From: Octopus sinensis
Taxonomy: Eukaryota
Assembly: GCF_006345805.1 (NCBI RefSeq)
Contig: NW_021836193.1
Span: 1 to 29,570 of the forward strand
Direction of reading: 5' to 3'
DNA: 29,570 bases
Below are positions 22,583 through 29,570 of this stretch, piece after piece. Position 1 is the first letter of the stretch. The number at the start of each line of letters is the position of its first letter. The notes under the pieces were generated by a model. The model saw only the letters and a program-made list of their open reading frames with translations. It had not been told where the DNA came from and did not search any database. A program made the translations under genes and the position numbers.

Positions 22583-22782
22583 TTGAGTGTCTGTGTTTGT
22601 CCCCCAACATCACTTGACAACCGATGCTGGTGTGTTGACGTCCCCGTAAATTAGCGGTTCGGCAAAAGAGACCGATAGAATAAGTACTAGGCTTACAAAG
22701 ACTAAGTCCTGGGGTCTATTTGCTCGACAAAAGGCGATGCTCCAGCATGGCCGCATTCAAATGACTGAAACAAGTAAATGAC
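22372..22782 (+). mobile_element. SINE-A full-length copy
   Basis: Colinear with the other copies. Confidence 0.9.
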
Positions 22783-23221
22783 TATACATATATATATACA
22801 TGCACATATATAGATAAAACTTGGAAGTGGATGCGTGGTGTTCGATCATATAATAACAAATTAATAAATAAAACATATGCATACATACATATATTGTACA
22901 TACCTACATCTATATGTATATACACATGCATACATAGGTACAGGACACCCCAAAACGTAGAATGTATATATATATATATTATATATATATCTATATATAT
23001 ATATATATATATATCTATATATATATACACATACTACACGTACACACACCACACAAACACACACACACACACCCACACAGACACACACAACACCACACAC
23101 CACACCATATATATATATATATTATATATATATATATATATCCAATTATAGAGTGATTCTCCATATTTATATATTATTTGATGACAGTCATTTTTTGCAA
23201 ACGCATTATATATTAACAAGG

Positions 23222-24010
23222 CAAGTAGCTAGTTAGAAAAATCTCAATAAGAAATGGAAGTAAAACCTATACTGAGAAGTAATATGTATCACCACGTCAA
23301 CATGGCAGTTCGACGTTACTACCGTTTTAACCCCAGGCAGATCCTCCGCTAGCTTGTTACTGGTGCAGCCTGTACCCCGTATCTATTGCAAGCAGGGGAG
23401 TGAACCCCAACTATCCTCAAGCAGATAGCGGGATCACGAAAACTGAAAGGTTTGGGGCTACTTGTGCACATCTTCAGGCGTGGACACCCGGCCGCTAGAC
23501 ATAGTAGAGATTCGCCCCAGCTCGCAAAATATAGAAAAATAAGCGACCATCAGTCACTGATTTTACAAGCCAAGTAGCTAGTTAGAAAAATCTCAATAAG
23601 AAATGGAAGTAAAACCTATACTGAGAAGTAATATGTATCACCACGTCAACATGGCAGTTCGACGTTACACCGTTTTAACCCCAGGCAGATCTCCGCTAGC
23701 TGTTACTGGTGCAGCCTGTACCCCGTATCTATTGCAAGCAGGGGAGTGAACCCCAACTATCCTAAGCAGATAGCGGGATCACGAAAACTGAAAGGTTTGG
23801 GGCTACTTGTGCACATCTTCAGGCGTGGACACCCGGCCGCTAGACATAGTAGAGATTCGCCCCAGCTCGCAAAATATAGAAAAATAAGCGACCATCAGTC
23901 ACTGATTTTACAAGCCAAGTAGCTAGTTAGAAAAATCTCAATAAGAGATGAAAGTAGTTATCATACTTAGAAGTAATATTTATTGCCACATCAATATGGC
24001 TGTTCGACGT
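23222..24010 (+). repeat. Tandem repeat of 349 bp and 345 bp, plus a diverged partial third copy
   Basis: Units start CAAGTAGCTAGTTAGAAAAATCTCAATAAG at 23222, 23571 and 23916. Units 1 and 2 differ by four 1-bp indels. Confidence 0.9.
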
Positions 24011-24077
24011 TTATAGCGGCCGGATGTTCACGACTGAAGATGGTCACAACGGAATTTGAACTGGCAGAAACGTTAGC

Positions 24078-24305
24078 GGTGAGCTGGCAGAAACGTTAGC
24101 GCGCCGGACGAAATGCTGAGCGGTATTTCGTCTGCCGCTACGTTCTGAGTTCAAATTCCGCCGAGGTCGACTTTGCCTTTCATCCTTTCGGGGTCGATAA
24201 ATTAAGAGCCAGTTATGCACTGGGGTCGATGTAATCGACTTAATACCTATGTCTGTCCTTGTTTGTCCCCTCTATGTTTAGCCCCTTGTGGGTAATAAAG
24301 AAATA
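24078..24305 (+). mobile_element. SINE-B full-length (tRNA-like head, Deu/Nin-like central domain, Tx1-like tail)
   Basis: A-box-like TGGCAGAAACGTTAG, B-box GAGTTCAAATTCC, central GGTCGACTTTGCCTTTCATCCTTTCGGGGTCGATAA, tail AGCCCCTTGTGGGTAATAAAGAAA. Confidence 0.85.
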
Positions 24306-24389
24306 GGAATTTGAACTCAGAACGTAAAGACGGACGAAATGCAGCTAAGCATTTCGTCCGGCGCGCTAACGATTCTGCCAGCTCACAGC
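24306..24389 (-). mobile_element. Inverted SINE-B head abutting the tail of the preceding copy
   Basis: Reverse complement GCTGTGAGCTGGCAGAATCGTTAGCGCGCCGGACGAAATG...GAGTTCAAATTCC. Confidence 0.85.
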
Positions 24390-24510
24390 TTACAGCCTTA
24401 TATATAAGAACTTGTATATCTGTGCGTGCATCTCATTATCCAACATTTAAACATTGCCTTGTATTCAGTTACTTCCGAACTTAATCAAACTCTCGTGACT
24501 GAAATATCTA

Positions 24511-24850
24511 TCTGTGTGTGTGTTTGTGTGTGTGTGTGCGAGTGTGAGTGTGTATGTGTGTGTGTGCGTGTGTGTGTATGGTGTGTGTGTGTGTGCGTGT
24601 GTGTATGCGTGTGTGTGTGTGTGTGCGTGCGTGCGTGCGTGTGCGTGTGTGTGTGTGTGTGCGTGTGTGCGTGTGCGTGTGTGTGTGTGTGCGTGTGTGT
24701 GTGCGTGTATGTGTGTGCGTGTGCGATGCGTGTGTGCGTGTGTGTGTGTGTGTGTGTGCGTGTGTGTGTGTGTGTGCGTGCGTGTGTGTGGTATATATCT
24801 CTATGTCTATGTGTATGTGTATATGTTTACGTGTGTGTATATATGTATAT
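24511..24850. repeat. (TG)n/(CGTG)n microsatellite
   Basis: Direct inspection. Confidence 0.9.
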
Positions 24851-25461
24851 CTTCGAATGTATATATGATTCAGGACTCAACCACTTTTAATTACCATATA
24901 GATATATATTTGCCGGACGTCAAACTATATCTCGTGTTTATTATCGAAATTCATTATCTCAAATCATTATCTAAACCAAGAACGGTGAATCTGCAACGGA
25001 TTGATTTATGGTTTGGGAATATTCAACACAGAGAGCGGCTTGCACTGAATATCGAGATATGAGGTTTTTCAGCGAACGGAGAGAGAACAACGGAGGAAGA
25101 TTCGCAGAGGCTGGTAAAAAAGAAATGCAAATGACTTGTATAGATACGTCGTTGACGTTACGTAGATGACAGCTGGAAGCCTTGATAAGGACAATTTTGG
25201 GTGTGTGTGTGTGTGTATCATTCCTCAAGACAAGACTTATACCTGTCTCCTCTAATAGCTCGTCCTCCTAGCGTCCATAATAATGTTTCTATCCTCTTGG
25301 CTTAACAGCCCTCACCGTTTGTTTTTACTGTCTTATTCTCACTGTCCTGTTTTTGTTACCACTTTCACCCTCCGCAAAAAACCCCAAATTTTATTTCATT
25401 TGCTTTGTGGGAAGGACTGTTTCAGCGAAGTCGCGTCTTGTCTTGTACTGCATCAGGGCAT

Positions 25462-25600
25462 TTATTATTATTATTATTATTCTATGTTTGACTTTTGCTT
25501 TATATTTGTACAAGTTGGCTCCAAGTCTCACCCAGAGACCTCAAGAGACAACGGGCTGGAAGTTCACGTTGTTGTTATGCCTAGTGTGCCATATACTGGG
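25462..25600 (-). mobile_element. 3' UTR fragment of an RLE-type LINE with (AAT)n tail
   Basis: Minus strand ...AAATATAAAGCAAAAGTCAAACATAG-(AAT)n resembles the 3' UTR downstream of the stop at 26023 (AAAGCAAATATGAAGTCAAAC). Confidence 0.45.
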
Positions 25601-25736
25601 GGGGGGGGCTTGTACTAGTGAATGTCTAATAAATAAATAAAAACATTAAATAAATAAATAAAAATTGTTTGTTTTAAACCTTGAGATTACATAGAAAGTA
25701 TTTTGCGTAGGATATGAGCAGTTCCCATGAGCACTT

Positions 25737-25779
25737 ATTATTATCATTATTATTATTAGTATTATTATTGTTATTATTA

Positions 25780-25835
<56 letters not shown>

Positions 25836-25853
25836 GTTATTATTATTATTGCT

Positions 25854-25884
<31 letters not shown>

Positions 25885-25889
25885 TATTA

Positions 25890-25920
<31 letters not shown>

Positions 25921-26300
25921 TTTGTTGTTTGTTTGTTTGTTTATTTGCGCGGTGATGGTCTTGTTAACACTTGATCGTTTGACTTCATATTTGCTTTCAT
26001 ATTCCTGTTAAATTATGTAACCTCAAATAGACAGCACTCTCCGCGGGATATTTGTTGTTCCCAAAAGTGTTGTCTCTTGCGATGTCGTAATTTTGGGAGA
26101 GACTCCAATTGTGTCAAGATGTATCTGGACACTTTTCATCACTGACTCAAGTGCTTCAATCACAATTGGTACCCCTCTTGCTTTCATATTCCACATTCTC
26201 TCTCAGCATCTATTCTCAAGTCAGTATATTTTACAATTTTCTCGTTTTCTTTACCATCAATTCAATGACCTCCTGGCCAAGCAACATCGATCAACAAGCA
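25737..26300 (-). mobile_element. RLE-endonuclease-type (R4/NeSL-like) LINE C-terminus with expanded (AAT)n tail
   Basis: Minus strand CLLIDVAWPGGH*IDGKENEKIVKYTDLRIDAER/MWNMKARGVPIVIEALES...LLGTTNIPRRVLSI* (stop at 26023-26025) matches the RLE C-terminal pattern LIDVA.P.......KE.EK..KY..L......W.......PIVIGALG. Confidence 0.75.
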
Positions 26301-26965
26301 CCTCCTTACAGCAGTTTTCTCCACCGGTGTTTTGTATGTTCAAATGTTCAAGAAAACCCTCTGGATTGTAAACTTGCGCAAGAGTTTCACAGAGTGAGAC
26401 GGTTGGTACCAAACTAAAGGAATATGAGTCGATGACAAGGGCCCATATAAAAGCGAACAAGTTAATAGATTTGCAACTGGGCATCTGGTAGTCAAACTGA
26501 TCTTGAATTTAAAGAGTTCCTTGACTGGTCTCCTTAAAGACTTTCTTGCTCCAGAAAAATTTCATCATCCATTTTTTTATATATTTTTACTTTTTATTTC
26601 GTTTTTACCCACTAACTTTTACCCCATACAATTTTTTTGCAAATTATAACCTATCATTGTAATGTCCTCCTCATTTGACTCAAGGCTTGCGAGTAAAATA
26701 GGGTTGACATAAATCGGGTGAGATCCCATCCAGTGGCTTGTAATTCAAAGTTCCAGCCTTGCCACACTACGCCGCGTTGATTGAACCAGAAAATACGCTA
26801 AGGGTATACGTGCCTACGGAATACTCAGTCAAAGACAGTAATTCGATAAGCAGATTGTTCGGTTGATCGAACAAGTGGATAATCATTGTCGAAACCGACG
26901 AAGATCCATTAACAGCGACGGAGGGAGAATTCAAAGCTGACTTTTGCAAAACTGGTATATCTTAT

Positions 26966-27365
26966 ATCTTTTATCTTTCACTTGTTTCAGTCATTAGACT
27001 GAGGCCATGCTGGAGCACCGCCTTGGGGTATCTTTAGTCGATTGAATCAACCCAGCACTTACTTTTTTAAGCCTGGTACTTATTCTATCGTTTCTTTTGC
27101 CGAATCGGTAAGCTACGGGGACGAAAACACACCAATACCGGTTGTCAAGTGGGGGAGGGGGAACACACACACGAAGACATACCCACACACAAATACATAC
27201 TTGCGATAGGCTTCTTTCAGTTTCCATCTACCGAGTCCACTCACAAGGCTTTGGTCGGCCAGAGGCTATAATAGGAGACACTTGCCGAAGGTGCTACGCG
27301 GCGGAATGAACCCAGAACCATGCAATTGGGAAGCAAGCTTCTTACCACAGAGCCACACCTGCGCC
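26966..27365 (-). mobile_element. SINE-A full-length copy
   Basis: Reverse-complement head and tail, with a very short internal microsatellite. Confidence 0.85.
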
Positions 27366-27369
27366 TATG

Positions 27370-27430
27370 TTCTTTTATTCTTTTATTCTTTTATTCTTTT
27401 ATTCTTTTATTCTTTTATTCTTTTATTCTT
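27370..27430. repeat. 8-bp tandem repeat (TTCTTTTA)n, about 7.5 copies
   Basis: Direct inspection. Confidence 0.9.
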
Positions 27431-27583
27431 GTAAGTATTTATATATAAAGGTCGATAAAATATAATTACTCCATCCAGGTCATACTTTTGCAGGTAATTC
27501 ATGTTTCTTTGTAATCCATTTTTCAATTATTTATTCATAAAATTGTTTATTTTTTCATATGCAAGCAAATATGTTTTGTTTGT

Positions 27584-27830
27584 GGAGGCGCGTGGCATAG
27601 TGGTTAGGGTGTCAGCACCATGATCGTAATATTGTGGTTTCGATTCCTGGACCGGGCGACGCGTTGTGTTCTTGAACAAAACATTTCATTTCACATTGCT
27701 CCAGTCCACTCAGATGGCAAAAATGGGTAGCGCTGTGATGGACTGGCGTCCTGTCCAGCTGGGGAATACATACGCCATAGAAACCTGAAAACCGGGCCCT
27801 TATGAACCTAGCTAGGCTTTAAAAGGGCGC
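27584..27830 (+). mobile_element. SINE-C variant with V-domain-like segment
   Basis: A-box TGGCATAGTGG, B-box-like GTTTCGATTCC, CORE-like block shared with 1884-2166, then CTGTGATGGACTGGCGTCCTGTCCAG (27733-27758). Confidence 0.75.
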
Positions 27831-28948
27831 ATTTATTTATTTATTAAATATGTTCGTTATGTTCATCTTTCAAGAGGAGTCACCTCACATAAATTTGTGT
27901 GCAATACTTCATCTTTATCGAGTGGTCAACTCACTTCAAATATGCGTACAATGTCCATCATCAGAAAGAATGCTCAATTTACTTTAAATGTGTGTGCGAT
28001 GCTTAACTGTGCAGAATGACCAGTTCCCCCACAAACATTAATTCGATGTTCCTCACTACAGAATGGTCAATTCATTACATAAATAAAACTGCGTAACAAT
28101 TTTCATTTTTTTTTTTTTTGTCTTTGGTCACTAAGTGTTATTTTCTATTTGCTTCTATCTAGAAATCAAAGTAAGTGACTACTATTCCCTTCAAACTTTG
28201 CTTTTGTGACCCGGACATCATTCTTTTGAAACTCACTTAATTTCCATAAAATTTCAGACAAATTCAGCACTGAGTTGCTGAAGCAGAAATATCGTTACAT
28301 TAAAAGCTCAATAGCATAAATGTGCTTGTCAGTTGCTTGACCATAACCACTTGGGTATGTCTCTTAGTGGCTGACAATATGTGCATCTCTGATCATTAGT
28401 AGGAGTACTGGGAGAGCATCATAGCCATGTACTGAGAGGTAAGTAATGTTTTTACATTACATGAACAAGGAGAAAACACAACAACGCGAGGACGTGGAAC
28501 AAGTACAGTGTTATTGGACGCTCAGGAAAGGAAAGGAAAAGAAGGAGGATTTAACGTTTAGCAGTTTGAATGAAATATTAGCCATTTTTTGATGCTTTCT
28601 AGTGGTAAGCAAATAGGAAATAAAAATTGCTACTGAAAGACGAATATCGTGTTACAAAGTGTAATTGTCTTTACAGAGTGGTCAGTTTGTTAGCTCATGT
28701 CAAATTTCATACAAAAAACTGAAAGAGAGAGGGCAACCCCTAGTGACATTTTCGGAATATTCCGAAGCAGGTGAAAGACGAAGGAACGGATAATCATAAT
28801 CAGCATGCATTAGTTATCGCATGGGAAACATTGCATGCAGCCCAGACTTAGCGACCTGGTCCCAATGCTTATAACGTTGTAGACCCACTCCACTAATAGC
28901 ACTCAAGGTCCTGATGATGGTATTTAACCGAGCGATGATGGTATTTAA

Positions 28949-29363
28949 GGGCGGCGAGCTGGCAGAAACGTTAGCAAGCCGGGCGAAATACTTAGCAGTA
29001 TTTCGTCTGCCGCTACGTTCTGAGTTCAAATTCCGCCGAGGTCGACTTGGCCTTTCATCCTTTTGGGGTCAGATTAAATAAGTACCAGTTATGCACTGGA
29101 GTCGATATAATCGACTTAATCCGTTTGTCTGTACTTGTTTGTCCTCTCTGTGTTTAGCCCCTTGTGGGTAGTAAAGAAACAGGTATTTCGTCTGCCGCTA
29201 CGTTCTGAGTTCAAATTCCGCCGAGGTCGACTTTGCCTTTCATTCATTCAGGGTCGATTAAATAAGTACCAGTTACGCACTGGAGTCGATATAATCGACT
29301 TAATCCGTTTGTCTGTCCTTGTTTGTCCTCTCTGTGTTTAGCCCCCTTGTGGGTAGTAAAGAA
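28949..29363 (+). mobile_element. SINE-B tandem dimer (full copy plus 5'-truncated copy starting at 29182)
   Basis: Two near-identical bodies, flanked by ATTTAACCGAGCG at 28922-28934 and 29364-29376. Confidence 0.9.
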
Positions 29364-29570
29364 ATTTAACCGAGCGGTAGATTACATCATCCATTTAACC
29401 GAGACTGCTACAGCAAAATGCTTTAAAGAAAGTTCGAAATAATTTTTCTCCGAAGGAATCCTGCCAGACATGTTACAAGTCACGCCTTTGTAACTGTTAC
29501 ATGCATTTCAAAGTAAAACACAGATATAGAAACACACATATATATATATTTATATATATGTATGTGCGTA

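Noticed and set aside
23222-23915. Tandem repeat as a CRISPR array or functional satellite
   Set aside because: Only two long units with no spacer structure, in a eukaryotic context.
24078-24165. SINE heads as true tRNA genes
   Set aside because: A and B boxes are present, but no complete cloverleaf is evident and each head continues into SINE body sequence.
25073-25113. 41-nt purine-rich segment between TTTTTCAG and GTAAAA as a micro-exon
   Set aside because: Short pyrimidine tract, mediocre donor and no partner exons. It cannot be supported without RNA-seq.

Overview
This 29.6 kb window is AT-rich eukaryotic DNA made almost entirely of transposable elements and microsatellites. The SINE families look like those of Octopus/coleoid cephalopods; this is recognition from memory, not a database hit. 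No host protein-coding exon can be supported, and nearly all ORFs in the track are microsatellite or SINE read-throughs. Recognisable content: (a) three tRNA-headed SINE families, here called SINE-A (about 11 copies), SINE-B and SINE-C; (b) decayed non-LTR fragments of CR1, Tx1/L1, RTE-like and restriction-like-endonuclease (RLE) type; (c) two mariner remnants; (d) Helitron termini and a Helitron helicase fossil; (e) several minimal type-I hammerhead-ribozyme (HHR) motifs of the Penelope-like-element (PLE)/retrozyme kind, two of them in inverted duplications. The most notable structure is an apparently complete 1.8 kb ORF1-only (HAL1-like) Tx1/L1-type element at 3536-5342. It has a candidate 13-bp TSD and sits inside the stem of an HHR-capped hairpin. 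Its 3' stem-loop is shared, with compensatory base changes, by SINE-B and by a Tx1-like LINE end in the same window. A second SINE/LINE tail pair (SINE-A with CR1) also shows a covarying stem-loop. All alignments and folds were done by eye.
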